Source of the DNA: an archaeon
GTDB lineage: Archaea; Iainarchaeota; Iainarchaeia; Iainarchaeales; 1-14-0-10-31-34
Direction: 5' to 3'
DNA length: 43,946 nucleotides
NCBI GenBank assembly: GCA_043819075.1
Contig: JBDRFE010000026.1
Span: forward strand, 1-43,946
A program made the position numbers and the translations under genes. Numbering within the stretch: position 1 is the stretch's first letter; each line of letters starts with the position of its first letter. Below the pieces are notes generated by a model. That model saw only the letters and a list, made by a program, of their open reading frames with translations. It had not been told where the DNA came from and made no database searches. Positions 18,612 through 29,129 of this stretch are shown here, in pieces.

Positions 18612-19469
18612 TCATCTTTTTTCAATCCCTGTTGTATAATCCATTATTCTTATGAAGCCTTCAGGGAATTTAATATAAGGTGTTATTCCTGTGCTTCCAA
18701 AGTCTATTCCGCTTTTGATTTCCACTTGAACCGAGTTGTTGTTTAAAAGAATCATTTTTGCAAATGGTTCAATAAAAATGTGCACATCTTTTTCCGCTTC
18801 CCCGCTTGTTTCAACAACAATTTCACAGCTAAGGTTTGGGTCAAGATTGCAGTAACTTACAGTTTCTTCCGGAACTTTGACGCTGTTCCTTACAATTAAG
18901 GTAAGGCAGAAACCGTTTGGGTCCCCTGGGCTCATACAGGAATTGTTTTCAATATATATTCCATTGAACGTCTGGTTTTGGAGAGTTATGTCCACTAAAT
19001 AAGAATTAAAGTCAAGGGAGGCAGGAGCATATTCTATTGTATTGTTTGTCCTGTTTCCCCTTCCAGGCGCGCTTGCGTGAAAAAAGTTAATGTCGTAAGG
19101 CCCAATAACTATTTTGTTCATGTCTTGTGTGTTAATTGTTATGTCTAATGCGTCTGTATGCTCCTGAAGGAAAAGAACGTATTTGTTCAGTGAAGTGTAA
19201 AAGTTTATTTGGCTTCTTTTGTCGGGCAGGTCTTCAGTGAAATAAATGTAGTCTGTCCCAATGTTTATGTCAATTTCTGTTCCGTTAATCATTATGTCAA
19301 ATATGTTGTCTGCAATGTTTTCATATTTATAGTCTACCCTGTTTACCATTGCATAGTTTTCCATGCTTTCCCTTGCCCCAAGTGAATTGTTTTTCAGAAA
19401 AGAAGAAAAATTAAGGAAAGTAATTCCGACAAGAAGAATCATCACAGAAAAAATGAATCCTTTTTTCAT
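18612..19469 (-). CDS. Minor pilin-like protein (class III signal peptide)
   Basis: MKKG|FIFSVMILLVG followed by a beta-rich extracellular region. ATG overlaps the upstream stop. Confidence 0.8.
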   Translation of the reverse strand: MKKGFIFSVMILLVGITFLNFSSFLKNNSLGARESMENYAMVNRVDYKYENIADNIFDIMINGTEIDINIGTDYIYFTEDLPDKRSQINFYTSLNKYVLFLQEHTDALDITINTQDMNKIVIGPYDINFFHASAPGRGNRTNNTIEYAPASLDFNSYLVDITLQNQTFNGIYIENNSCMSPGDPNGFCLTLIVRNSVKVPEETVSYCNLDPNLSCEIVVETSGEAEKDVHIFIEPFAKMILLNNNSVQVEIKSGIDFGSTGITPYIKFPEGFIRIMDYTTGIEKR

Positions 19470-19930
19470 TTTGTCCACACCCAATATTCAGAGACATAAT
19501 ACTTGCTGATTTTTTTTTCTGCAAAAGAAAGAAATATTCGGTTTCCTTTTATTACATCTTTTTCGCTTAAATCCTCTGAATTATTCCCTGTTGTATAAGT
19601 TCCTGTCTGCCTGAAGCTGTCATTTTCTTCTATGAATTCACTTATTGTTATTCTCCACTCATACTGTGTTCCAAAAGCAGAATCCATTTCTTGCTCTATT
19701 CTTGTCAAATCAAGCTGGCTGAAAATTCCTTTTCTGTCCATTATGTCAAATAAATCATTCACTTTTCTTTGTCCTTCAATTTTTGTCATAATGTTGTCGC
19801 TTTGATAAAAAGGATTAAATGAATTCATGCTTATGAAAAGGAATGCAATAATCAACGCCAGCAGCGCATCTGAAGTGAAAACAAACCCTTTAGCCGTAGA
19901 TTTTGAAGTAAATTTCAGATATTTCTCCAT
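19466..19930 (-). CDS. Minor pilin-like protein (class III signal peptide)
   Basis: AKG|FVFTSDALLALII signal. Start uncertain (19930 or 19939). Confidence 0.8.
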   Translation of the reverse strand: MEKYLKFTSKSTAKGFVFTSDALLALIIAFLFISMNSFNPFYQSDNIMTKIEGQRKVNDLFDIMDRKGIFSQLDLTRIEQEMDSAFGTQYEWRITISEFIEENDSFRQTGTYTTGNNSEDLSEKDVIKGNRIFLSFAEKKISKYYVSEYWVWTK

Positions 19931-20378
19931 TGTATTCAACCACCCTTTTTATGCTGACAACTTTTTCTGAATTGCTTAGGTAAGACGGGTTGGTGTCATC
20001 AAATTTTTCTTTTACTGTAAACCCGTCCTGTTCTATTGAAAAATAATAATTGTAGCCTAAAATGCCAAGTTTTTCAACCGACTCCCCGTAACCCATTTCA
20101 AGAAAAGCTTCAAGCTTTTCTTCATTTATAACCCTTCTTTCATTCACCAAACCAATGATGTTTACATCTGAAACAGCTTGCCAGTTTTCGGGAAACCCTT
20201 TTGTCATGACCAAGTTGTTTGCTGTGCTTGAAGCAATTCTTTTCATTTCCTTTTCAGTAACTTGTTCAATGGAATAAGAATTGTTCAGGCGGTTCTGTGA
20301 AATAAAAGCAAAAAAAATAAGAAAAACTATTGCTATTGCAAAGAACAAGTCAATTGAAATCGCTTGGCCTTTATTCAT
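19890..20378 (-). CDS. Minor pilin-like protein (class III signal peptide)
   Basis: MNKG|QAISIDLFFAIAIV and GFPENW motif. RBS GGTGA upstream. Confidence 0.85.
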   Translation of the reverse strand: MNKGQAISIDLFFAIAIVFLIFFAFISQNRLNNSYSIEQVTEKEMKRIASSTANNLVMTKGFPENWQAVSDVNIIGLVNERRVINEEKLEAFLEMGYGESVEKLGILGYNYYFSIEQDGFTVKEKFDDTNPSYLSNSEKVVSIKRVVEYNGEISEIYFKIYG

Positions 20379-20740
20379 TCAATCACCACATTTCCGTCAT
20401 AATTATAAATTTTTATGTTCCCTTTACTGCTTGAATCAAGAATTTTTCCTGAAGCAAAGCATTCAATGCTTTCGTTTTCATCATTTGTCACTTTTATAAA
20501 GCCTTGCCTTAAAAAAGAAATATTGTAATCGCTGTAGCCGTTCCATTCAATGTATTTTCCAGAGGCATGCATTTCTGAAACAATTGCCGCAATGTGCTCG
20601 CATTCTGTTTTAAGTTCAACAGTTGTTTTCACCACCCTGATTGAATTCTGCTGATTGATTAAAGAAATGCTGATAAGCAAGAAAAAAACCATTGCTATAA
20701 TTACCGCGATTATTGCTTCAATGCTTACTTGCCCTTTCAT
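20375..20740 (-). CDS. Minor pilin-like protein (class III signal peptide)
   Basis: MKG|QVSIEAIIAVII signal. Confidence 0.85.
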   Translation of the reverse strand: MKGQVSIEAIIAVIIAMVFFLLISISLINQQNSIRVVKTTVELKTECEHIAAIVSEMHASGKYIEWNGYSDYNISFLRQGFIKVTNDENESIECFASGKILDSSSKGNIKIYNYDGNVVIE

Positions 20741-20746
20741 TAAAAT

Positions 20747-22165
20747 TCACTTCACAAAACTTACGGTGTAAACACTGCTGTCACTAAATTCAAAATCAAT
20801 TGTGTAGGCGTTCCCGTTTCCAGCGGCACTAGAGAATTTCATTTCGTTGTTGGAAGTGTAGAGAGTGTTTGCAGTGACAAGGGTTCCCGCAGGCCAGTCC
20901 AAGTTAACCCAGTTTGCAGTAGGCGCTCCTGACCACACAGTATCTCCGTTCAATTCTATTTCGTTAACCATTATTCCAGAAGAAACATTCACTCTCATCC
21001 TGTTTATTGTTATATCAGGCGAGCAAACATTTCCATAAGCGAAGTCAACAAGCCTTGTTCCGGTAGTGTATGCATCTGAGTAATCAAAGCTGAATTTGCT
21101 TGCTTGTGTTGCAGTGTCTATTTGGAATGAATTGCTGTCGCTTGCAGAATCAAATTTTTTTCCTTGCGCAAGAATGCTCCATACCCCTGTTTCTGAAGTG
21201 CAGGAAACGCTTTCTGTTCCAAGATAAATCCCGTTTGTAGTGGCCAAGCCGGTTAAAACGCTTTGGCTGGTCACTGGAGGAGGGTCGCTTAGTGTAATGT
21301 TTAAATCGCTTATGTCCATTACCTCACCTATATGGTCTGAAACGCTGACTTTATAATAAATTGTTTCTCCCTGATAAAAAATTGTTTTTGGGGTGCTGTA
21401 ATTTGCGTCGCCAAACAAGCTTACATTAATGTCTTTGAGCACATGAGGCACTCTTATTTGAATAATTGATTTGTCTATGTAGCCTTCAGCTGAAAATAAT
21501 TCAATGTATCCGCTGTAATCTGTTGCAGGATGTGTTGTGGCAACAGACCAGTTAACATCAAAATTTATTGTCTGATTAGGATTAATTATGCTTGCAAGTA
21601 TCCTGCTGTTTTCCCCGTTAAGGCTTGCAATGTCTGTAATATTTCCTTTTAAAGTTACATTCAAGTCTGCTAATGCCCTGCTGGTGTTGTTCCAGACAGA
21701 AAAAACATTTGAATCATTTGTCCCTGGCCTAATAGCCCTAATAAACTTTGCAGGAATTATTGTCAGTCCCCCGCCAATCCTTGTCGTGCCTGATTCCAGT
21801 ACTTGAACAAGAACAAAATGTCTGCCTTGTTCTGTTGGCAGTTCTCCAACAACAAACGCTTTTGTATTTTCATAAATATCTGTGTTGGTGCCGCTCAAAT
21901 TCAGCAGATAGCCTACTTGGTTATTTGAAACATATTGGCCTGTAATTCCGCCTGGAATTTCTATTTCAACAAACAGCTGATTTTCTGGACCAAGCGAGTA
22001 AACACTGTCAGCTGCTTTTGCCAGAGTTTTTACAGCGTTTTGTGTCATGGAAATATCTATTGTAGTTGAAGCATTCATTTGAGAGAAAACAAACAAGAAT
22101 GCTGAAATTGAAAGAATTATTGCAGACAACACTAAGTATTCATTGCTTATTTGGCCTTTTTCCAT
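20747..22165 (-). CDS. Large pilin-like/adhesin protein with Ig-like beta domains
   Basis: MEKG|QISNEYLVL signal, LAKAADSVYSLGP pilin motif, Thr/Ser/Asn-rich beta-strand C-terminus with many NxS/T sequons. Confidence 0.85.
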   Translation of the reverse strand: MEKGQISNEYLVLSAIILSISAFLFVFSQMNASTTIDISMTQNAVKTLAKAADSVYSLGPENQLFVEIEIPGGITGQYVSNNQVGYLLNLSGTNTDIYENTKAFVVGELPTEQGRHFVLVQVLESGTTRIGGGLTIIPAKFIRAIRPGTNDSNVFSVWNNTSRALADLNVTLKGNITDIASLNGENSRILASIINPNQTINFDVNWSVATTHPATDYSGYIELFSAEGYIDKSIIQIRVPHVLKDINVSLFGDANYSTPKTIFYQGETIYYKVSVSDHIGEVMDISDLNITLSDPPPVTSQSVLTGLATTNGIYLGTESVSCTSETGVWSILAQGKKFDSASDSNSFQIDTATQASKFSFDYSDAYTTGTRLVDFAYGNVCSPDITINRMRVNVSSGIMVNEIELNGDTVWSGAPTANWVNLDWPAGTLVTANTLYTSNNEMKFSSAAGNGNAYTIDFEFSDSSVYTVSFVK

Positions 22166-22320
22166 AAAAACACTTTCCTTAAAATAAAATGTACTTCTTT
22201 AATAAAAACCTTTACAAAAAGGAAATCGAACGCCAAACAGGTAAAAAACACCTAATTCGTCAATAAACGAACGATTTGCTTTTCGTTATGTTTAAAGTCT
22301 GCTCTGCGGACTTTTATTTA

Positions 22321-23211
22321 ATGTTTTCAGCCAAAACAAAGGCAGTTGAAGAGCAAGGCTTGTGGAAGAAAATAGAGGATTTAGAGGATTCGCTTAAAAA
22401 AGCTGAATCTGCCTTAAAACCTGAAATAGAGGTTGAATTGGCGAAATTAAAGGCAAAACTGCATGAAATCCAGTCTCCTGCGCCAAAAAAAAGAAATCTT
22501 GATGTTGAGCTTGAGCTTGAAAAAAAGCAGTCACAGTATAATGACCTTTTTGAAAAATACTCTAAGTTAAGGCAGGCAGTCGGCTCTGTCAGTGAAATAG
22601 ACGAAAAACAGCTTGAAAAAGAATTAAAGTTCAGGCTTTACAGTTTTCTTCTTGAAAAATACGGTGAAATAATAAACGAAAAAGAAAAGAAAACCATTGG
22701 TGAAATAAAAGGCTTGATTGACCCAGATGACTTAAGCATCCAGTCAATTTTAGCTGAATTGATTTCAAAAAACTATTCTTTTGAAAAAAATTATTTAAGC
22801 ATTGCAAGAGAAGCATATGATTTTGTTGTAAAAGAAATTTCTTTTGTTGAATCAGATGTAAGAATCAATTTCTGGCTCACCCCGATGGAAATAATAAAGC
22901 AAAAGATTGCAGACGACGAAGACATGGCGGTATTCTTATGCACACTGCTTTATGCCTTGGGTGACGAAAAAGCTTTTGTTGTAATATCTGAAATGGAAAA
23001 CCTTTCAACACACGCTTTTGTGATAACAGAACACAAAAATAATTTTTACTTATTCGACCCCTCGCAGAAAAAAGATTTTGAAGAATTCTCAGGCAAAAAA
23101 GAGACAGTAATAGAAAAATATTCTTTCAGGAATTCAAAAATAAAAAAATTTCTCTACCGCTTTAATGCAACAGAATATGAACAGTTTGCAGAAGAAGAAA
23201 ACAAAGAATGA
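22321..23211 (+). CDS. Coiled-coil plus transglutaminase-like domain protein lacking the catalytic Cys
   Basis: FWLTPMEII...ADDEDMAVFLCTLL...HAFV...YLFDP matches the transglutaminase-like GDCED..H..D pattern, with Asp in place of Cys. Start uncertain (22276-22321). Confidence 0.75.
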   Translation: MFSAKTKAVEEQGLWKKIEDLEDSLKKAESALKPEIEVELAKLKAKLHEIQSPAPKKRNLDVELELEKKQSQYNDLFEKYSKLRQAVGSVSEIDEKQLEKELKFRLYSFLLEKYGEIINEKEKKTIGEIKGLIDPDDLSIQSILAELISKNYSFEKNYLSIAREAYDFVVKEISFVESDVRINFWLTPMEIIKQKIADDEDMAVFLCTLLYALGDEKAFVVISEMENLSTHAFVITEHKNNFYLFDPSQKKDFEEFSGKKETVIEKYSFRNSKIKKFLYRFNATEYEQFAEEENKE

Positions 23212-23298
23212 TTTATGTAGCATGTTCATTTTGTTTTTAAACACTATTATTTTTAACAGTATTATTTCATACTTTTTATGAATTACAGGGGGCTTGAA

Positions 23299-24285
23299 AT
23301 GATTAGAGTTGCAATAAATGGTTTTGGAAGAATCGGAAGAGTTGTTTTAAGGCAGGGGCTGAAAAGAAAAGACATTGAATTCGTTGCAGTAAACGACCTA
23401 ACCGACAACAAAACCCTTGCTTATTTATTCAAGTATGATTCAATTCACGGAGTCTATCCAGAAGAAGTTTCTTTTTCTGATGACAGCATTTCAATCGGAG
23501 GCAAAAAAATTAATTCTTATTCTATTTCTGACCCTGAACAGCTTCCATGGAAAAAGCTTAAAGTCGATGTAGTGCTTGAATGCACCGGCAAACTGAAAAA
23601 AAGAGAAGACTTTGACAAGCACCTGAAAGCAGGGGCAAAAAAAGTGATTATTTCCGCGCCGGCTGAAGGCGTTGATGAAACAATTGTTTTAGGCGTTAAT
23701 AATAATTCTTTAAGCCAACAAAAAACCTGTTACTCTACTGCTTCCTGCACGACAAACTGCCTTGCTCCGGTTGCAATGGTTTTGGAAAAAGAATTTGGCA
23801 TTGTATCAGGAATGATGAATACAATTCATGCTTACACTAATGACCAGAAATTAATGGATGCCCCTCACAAGGATTTAAGGAGAGCAAGAGCTGCAGCACA
23901 ATCAGTTATTCCAACAACAACTGGTGCAACAAAAGCTGTTGCAATAGTTCTGCCTTCTCTTAAAGGCAAAATGGATGGAATTTCTTTAAGGGTGCCGGTT
24001 CCAAATGGTTCAATAACAGATTTTGTTTGTGTCCTTAAAAAAACAGTGACAAAAGATGAAGTGAATTCTGCTTTTAAAAAAGCAGCTGAAACTTATTTGA
24101 AAGGAATTCTTTTGTACAGCGAAGAAAACCTTGTATCCCATGACATTATTGGAAGCACTTACTCTAGCATTGTTGACTCACAATTAACTCAGGTAGTGAA
24201 CAAGAACATGGTGAGGGTAATGGCCTGGTATGACAATGAATGGGGTTATAGTGCAAGAATGCTTGACCTGATAACAAAAGTGTAA
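23299..24285 (+). CDS. gap: Class I (bacterial-type) glyceraldehyde-3-phosphate dehydrogenase
   Basis: INGFGRIGR, ASCTTNCLAP, HAYTNDQ, RRARAAA, WYDNEWGYS. Confidence 0.97.
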   Translation: MIRVAINGFGRIGRVVLRQGLKRKDIEFVAVNDLTDNKTLAYLFKYDSIHGVYPEEVSFSDDSISIGGKKINSYSISDPEQLPWKKLKVDVVLECTGKLKKREDFDKHLKAGAKKVIISAPAEGVDETIVLGVNNNSLSQQKTCYSTASCTTNCLAPVAMVLEKEFGIVSGMMNTIHAYTNDQKLMDAPHKDLRRARAAAQSVIPTTTGATKAVAIVLPSLKGKMDGISLRVPVPNGSITDFVCVLKKTVTKDEVNSAFKKAAETYLKGILLYSEENLVSHDIIGSTYSSIVDSQLTQVVNKNMVRVMAWYDNEWGYSARMLDLITKV

Positions 24286-24296
24286 AAAGTGATTTA

Positions 24297-25505
24297 ATGC
24301 TTAATGAACCCATAACCTCTGTTTCATTAAAAGGAAAAACCGTTTTGTTAAGGGTTGACATTAATTCTAACATACAGCAGGGAAAGCCAGTTGTTTCTGC
24401 CAGAATAAAAGAGCACTCTATGACAATAAAGCTTTTTTCGTCAAAAAAAGCTAAAACTGTTGTTCTTGCTCATCAGGGCAGGAAAGGACAGGAAGATTTT
24501 ATTTCATTGAAAGGCCATCTCACTGAATTAGAAAAACTTGTTGGAAAAAAATTTTTGTTTTGCTCTTGGGAAGAAAATTTTTCTGAAAAAATTTCTTCTT
24601 TAACTGATGGGCAAATCCTGTTAATGGAGAACACGCGTTTCCTTGACTTCGAGGAAAAAGATTTAACCCCGGAAGAGCATTCAAAAGAAAAAGTAATTCA
24701 AGAACTTGCTTCTGTTTCAGATGTGTTTGTTTTGGATGCATTAAGTGTTGCCCACAGGAGCCATGCAAGTGTTGTAGGCTTTATTCCCTTGCTTCCGTCT
24801 TTTGCCGGCCCGATACTTGAAAAAGAAATAATTAATCTTGATAAAGCGCTTAACTCAAAAGAAAAACCCAGATTGCTTGTCTTGGGCGGGGCAAAGCCAT
24901 TAGACTCTTTCAAAACCCTTGTTTTTTTCTTAAAAGAAAACAGGGCAGACAAGGCATTAGTTTCAGGAATTTTTGGGGAATTATTTCTTGTTGCCTCAGG
25001 CATTAAGTTCGGCAAAAAAGATTCTTTTTTTGAATCAAAAGGCTTTCTTGAAGCAGTTCCAGAGCTCAAAAAACTGCTTGACGAATTTCCTGAAAAAATT
25101 GTCCTGCCAGAAGATCTTGCTGTTGATGAAAACAGCAGGAGAATTAACACTGATATTTCTTCGCTTCCGTCTGATTTTATTTCAAAAGACTTGGGTGAAA
25201 AAACAATAAAGAATTTTTCTGAAGAAATAATGAAAGCTAAATTAATTGTTTTTAACGGCCCGCCAGGCGTCTTTGAGGAAAAAATTTTTTCCAAAGGAAC
25301 AAAAGAAATTTTAAAAGCAATTTCTGAGTCAAATGCTTTTACTTTTTTAGGCGGAGGAGACACTGAAACTGCCTTGACTTCCCTTGGCTTTTCTTCAAAA
25401 GACTTTTCTTTTGTTTCTTTGAGCGGAAAAGCTTCTTTGAACTATCTTTCAGGAAAAAAATTAGTTGCATTAGAGGCTTTAAAGAATTCCACTCTGTCTT
25501 TATGA
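24297..25505 (+). CDS. pgk: Phosphoglycerate kinase
   Basis: LRVDIN, AHQGR, ENTRF, AHRSHAS, LGGAK, NGPPGVFE, GGGDT. Follows gap. Confidence 0.96.
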   Translation: MLNEPITSVSLKGKTVLLRVDINSNIQQGKPVVSARIKEHSMTIKLFSSKKAKTVVLAHQGRKGQEDFISLKGHLTELEKLVGKKFLFCSWEENFSEKISSLTDGQILLMENTRFLDFEEKDLTPEEHSKEKVIQELASVSDVFVLDALSVAHRSHASVVGFIPLLPSFAGPILEKEIINLDKALNSKEKPRLLVLGGAKPLDSFKTLVFFLKENRADKALVSGIFGELFLVASGIKFGKKDSFFESKGFLEAVPELKKLLDEFPEKIVLPEDLAVDENSRRINTDISSLPSDFISKDLGEKTIKNFSEEIMKAKLIVFNGPPGVFEEKIFSKGTKEILKAISESNAFTFLGGGDTETALTSLGFSSKDFSFVSLSGKASLNYLSGKKLVALEALKNSTLSL

Positions 25506-25506
25506 T

Positions 25507-26001
25507 TTACTGCCCGCAAACTGCTTCAATGCAGTCGCAGTTTCCGTTGCATGCAGCAAAATCATTGCTTTCATCGCATCCTTTATTGCAGTCACAGCCG
25601 TAATCTGCACAATGCAGTGAACCGCAAGAAACAGTTTCTGTTGCTCCTGTTAAATCAGAGTAAATGCATTCCCCGCCTTGAGGGCCGTTACAGTTATTGT
25701 ATACTGCAAAATTATACAATCCTATCACAGAATAAGCAAGGCTTAAAATCATTAAAATCGTAAGCGCCCATGAAATTAATTCAAAGTGCTTGAATACAAT
25801 GCCGCCTGCTTGTGGGCTGGTTTTCATTATTTTTGCTGTTACTTTTGTTTTCATTTTCTTGTCAAAGGCTGCCTCGCATTTTCTTAAGGTAAGCCTTCTG
25901 AAAACACAGTCAAATGCTTCTTTAGCGTATTCCCTGTATTTAGCTGAAAAAATCCCTAAAACAGCAAAAACAATCAAGGCAATAAAACAAATCATTTTCA
26001 A
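25507..26001 (-). CDS. Small membrane protein with a Cys-rich C-terminus
   Basis: Two TM segments and a tail with about 11 Cys (NCNG...ECIY...CGSLHCADYGCDC...CNGNCDCIEAVC). Confidence 0.75.
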   Translation of the reverse strand: MKMICFIALIVFAVLGIFSAKYREYAKEAFDCVFRRLTLRKCEAAFDKKMKTKVTAKIMKTSPQAGGIVFKHFELISWALTILMILSLAYSVIGLYNFAVYNNCNGPQGGECIYSDLTGATETVSCGSLHCADYGCDCNKGCDESNDFAACNGNCDCIEAVCGQ

Positions 26002-26078
26002 TCACTTAAAAAAATAAATCTTAAAGAATAAATATTAACCCTAAAAGCTTTTTAATTCAATTCATTTTATTAGCAAAA

Positions 26079-28763
26079 TCATTCAATTAATATTGCTGGC
26101 TTTAACGGAAAAGCATTCAAAGCCTTTTTTTCACTGCTTTTTTCTGCTTCAATTAACTCTATTTTGGCTTTAAACTCTTCTTCTAATTCTTTTCTGTTTT
26201 CTTCCAAAGCTTGCATTTCATTTAATTCAATTAACTCTTTTGTTTCATTCAGCTTCCTTACTGCTGTCTGGACAAAGCCCTTTAATTCTTCTTTATGTGT
26301 TTTTTCCAGTTCAACTGCTTTCTTCATTGCCTGCCCGAATTCAAGCCTGTTATTTTCTGTTTTTTGTTTTTCTTCAGACAGTTTTTTTAATAAACTCCAT
26401 TTCCATTTTGGCGCAACAAAAATTTTCACTTTAGAAATTTTTTCTTTTTTAACCAGTTCTTTTATGTGAATTACATCTTCTTTTACCCCTTCAGTGAATT
26501 CCTCTTCTTTTTCCGCTTTCCTGTTTATTTTTTTTGCATCAAATTCAGGCCATTTCTCCAGGCTTGCAAAACCTTTTCCTCCAAGCATTTCCCATAATTC
26601 TTCGCTTGAATGCGGGGCAAAAGGATTCATCATCAAAACAAGTTTTTTTGTTCCTTCAAGGAATACAACTGATTCTTTTTCCCTGAATTTCTGCAGCTCT
26701 GAAGTTAATTTCATTAACTCGCTTATTGCCTTATTTAATTCAAAACCAGAAATAAATTCTGTTACATTTTTCACTGCCCTCTGGGTTTTTGTTTCCAATA
26801 AAATTTCTTTAGAGGAATTAAATTTCTTTTTTTTCTTCAAATTCTCAAGATTTTCTTCAACCAAAGAATAAACCCTGTTCAAAAACTTAAAAGTGTTTTC
26901 TGTTCCTTTGTCTTCCCATTCCATTTCGCTTTCAGGGTTTGATGCAAACAAGATAAACACCCTAACAGTGTCTGGTCCGAATTCTTCAATTATTTTTCCG
27001 GGGTCAACCACATTGCCAAAGCTTTTGCTCATTGCTTTTCCGTCTTTTAACACCATTCCCTGAGTTAAAAGCTTTTCAAACGGTTCATCAAATTTAATTA
27101 ATTTCAAATCCCTTATTGCTTTAGTAAAAAACCTTGCATACATTAAATGCATTATTGCGTGTTCTATTCCTCCAATGTACTGGTCTACTGGCATCCAATA
27201 GCTTACTTCTTTTCCTTCAAAAACTTTTTTTGCTTTCGGCGAACAATACCTCAAAAAATACCAGCTTGAATCAAAAAAAGTATCCATTGTATCTGTTTCT
27301 CTTCTGGCTTTTCCTTTGCATTTAGGGCACTTTGTTTCAACAAAACTTTTAATTGAATCCAAGGGATTTCCTTTTCCTGTGAACTCTGCTTTTTCCGGCA
27401 GTTTAACTGGAAGGTCTTTTTCAGGAACCAATTGTATTCCGCATTTCTCGCAATAAATTATTGGAATCGGTGTTCCCCAAAACCTTTGCCTTGAAATCAG
27501 CCAGTCCCTCAGCTTATAATTCACTGTTCTTTTCCCTAATTTTTTTTCTTCCAAAAAATCAGTTATTTTTTCCATTGCTTCAAGTGAATTCATTCCATTA
27601 AATTTTTCTGAATTAACCATTATTCCTTCTTCTGTAAAAGCTTCTTGCATTTCTTCTGCTTGTAGTTTTTTGTCTTTTGGCTGGATTACAACTTTTATTG
27701 GCAAATCGTATTTTTTTGCAAACAAAAAATCTCTTTGGTCGTGTGCCGGCACAGCCATTACTGCGCCTGTTCCATAACCCATTACAGCGTAATCTGCAAC
27801 AAAAATCCTGCATTTTTCTCCGTTAACCGGGTTAATGAAATGCTTTCCAATAAACATTCCTTTTTTTTCTAATCCCTCTGAAGTCCTTTCAATTGTTGAC
27901 TGTTTTTTCACTTCCTCTAAAAACTCATTTAATTTCTCTTCATATTCTGTTCCTTTAACCCATGTTTTTATTTTCGGGTGCTCTGGAGCAAAAACCAAAT
28001 AAGTTATTCCAAAAACTGTGTCAGGCCTTGTAGTAAAAGTTGAAATTTTTTCTCCTGTTTCTTCTACTTTAAAATAAATTTCTGTTCCAAAGCTTTTTCC
28101 AATCCAGTTTTTCTGCATTGTCTTGACTCTTTCAGGCCAGTCCTTTAATTTCTCCAAGTCATTAAGCAGTTCATCAGAGTATTCAGTTATTTTCAAAAAC
28201 CATTGCTCTAGTTCTTTTTCTGTTACAGAATTATGGCATCTCCAGCATTTTCCGTCTGTAACCTGTTCGTTTGCTAAAACCGTTTTGCAGTTTTCACACC
28301 AGTTAACGCTTGCTTTTTTTTTGTATGCTAAACCTTTTTCAAAAAATTTTTCAAAAAGCCACTGGTTCCATTTGTAATAATCTTCATCTGCTGTGGCAAA
28401 ACTCCTGCTCCAGTCATAGCTAAATCCAAGCAATTCCTGCTGTGCTTTCATTTCTTTTATTCTTTCAAAAGTCCATTTTTTTGGGTCGGTTTTGCCTTTT
28501 ATTGCAGCGTTTTCTGCAGGCAAACCCAAGGCATCATAGCCCATCGGATACAATACATTGAAGCCTTGCATTCTCTTGAATCTTGCAATGCAGTCTCCTA
28601 TTGAATAATTTCTTGCGTGCCCTATATGCAGTTTGCCTGAAGGATAAGGAAACATTTCTAAAACAAAATACTTTTTTTTCTTTGAATCTGCTTTGGCTTC
28701 AAAGGCTTTTTTCTGTTTCCATTTCTTCTGCCATTTCAATGCAATTTTTAGATGGTCTGCCAT
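26079..28763 (-). CDS. leuS: Leucine--tRNA ligase (bacterial-type core, archaeal-like C-terminal domain)
   Basis: [60 protein letters not shown] 28763 preferred over TTG 28775. Confidence 0.97.
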   Translation of the reverse strand: MADHLKIALKWQKKWKQKKAFEAKADSKKKKYFVLEMFPYPSGKLHIGHARNYSIGDCIARFKRMQGFNVLYPMGYDALGLPAENAAIKGKTDPKKWTFERIKEMKAQQELLGFSYDWSRSFATADEDYYKWNQWLFEKFFEKGLAYKKKASVNWCENCKTVLANEQVTDGKCWRCHNSVTEKELEQWFLKITEYSDELLNDLEKLKDWPERVKTMQKNWIGKSFGTEIYFKVEETGEKISTFTTRPDTVFGITYLVFAPEHPKIKTWVKGTEYEEKLNEFLEEVKKQSTIERTSEGLEKKGMFIGKHFINPVNGEKCRIFVADYAVMGYGTGAVMAVPAHDQRDFLFAKKYDLPIKVVIQPKDKKLQAEEMQEAFTEEGIMVNSEKFNGMNSLEAMEKITDFLEEKKLGKRTVNYKLRDWLISRQRFWGTPIPIIYCEKCGIQLVPEKDLPVKLPEKAEFTGKGNPLDSIKSFVETKCPKCKGKARRETDTMDTFFDSSWYFLRYCSPKAKKVFEGKEVSYWMPVDQYIGGIEHAIMHLMYARFFTKAIRDLKLIKFDEPFEKLLTQGMVLKDGKAMSKSFGNVVDPGKIIEEFGPDTVRVFILFASNPESEMEWEDKGTENTFKFLNRVYSLVEENLENLKKKKKFNSSKEILLETKTQRAVKNVTEFISGFELNKAISELMKLTSELQKFREKESVVFLEGTKKLVLMMNPFAPHSSEELWEMLGGKGFASLEKWPEFDAKKINRKAEKEEEFTEGVKEDVIHIKELVKKEKISKVKIFVAPKWKWSLLKKLSEEKQKTENNRLEFGQAMKKAVELEKTHKEELKGFVQTAVRKLNETKELIELNEMQALEENRKELEEEFKAKIELIEAEKSSEKKALNAFPLKPAILIE

Positions 28764-28893
28764 TTTCTCACTCAAACTAAAGTATTACTTCATGAAAAAC
28801 TTTTAATAGCCTCTTTTCTGCTTTTTTTGATTTAATTTAATGGTTGTTAAATAAAAAAGCTTTCCTTTTATTTGATTATTTGTTTGAGGTGTT

Positions 28894-29076
28894 TTGTTGG
28901 AAGAAAAAAGGTTTCCTGAATTCAAATCAGAGTTATGCATGTACTGTGGTGCATGCGTTGGGGTCTGCCCAGTTCTTGCGCTTGATTTAAAGGAAACAAA
29001 AATTTTTTTAGACGAAAAAAAATGCATTAAATGTTTTTCTTGTGTTAAAATCTGCCCTGTGGGAGCATTAAAGTAA
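28894..29076 (+). CDS. 2x[4Fe-4S] ferredoxin
   Basis: Two CxxCxxCxxxCP motifs. RBS GAGGTG upstream, TTG start. Confidence 0.93.
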   Translation: MLEEKRFPEFKSELCMYCGACVGVCPVLALDLKETKIFLDEKKCIKCFSCVKICPVGALK

Positions 29077-29129
29077 AAGTGATTGAATGAAAAAAAACCA
29101 GTTGAATTTATTGGAACGGAGCTGAATTA

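Noticed and set aside
11329..22165. Archaellum operon
   Set aside because: No archaellin-type N-termini or ArlF/G/J genes. Two separate T2SSF genes and these pilin signals indicate a pilus.
22222..22288. Short TTCG/CGAA inverted repeats in the divergent pilus/transglutaminase promoter region
   Set aside because: Arms are only 5-6 bp and inconsistent, so they cannot be distinguished from chance.
29087..29125. 12-codon ORF (MKKNQLNLLERS) with an RBS-like sequence between ferredoxin and GGR
   Set aside because: Too short to support, and no single frameshift at its A-run joins it to GGR.
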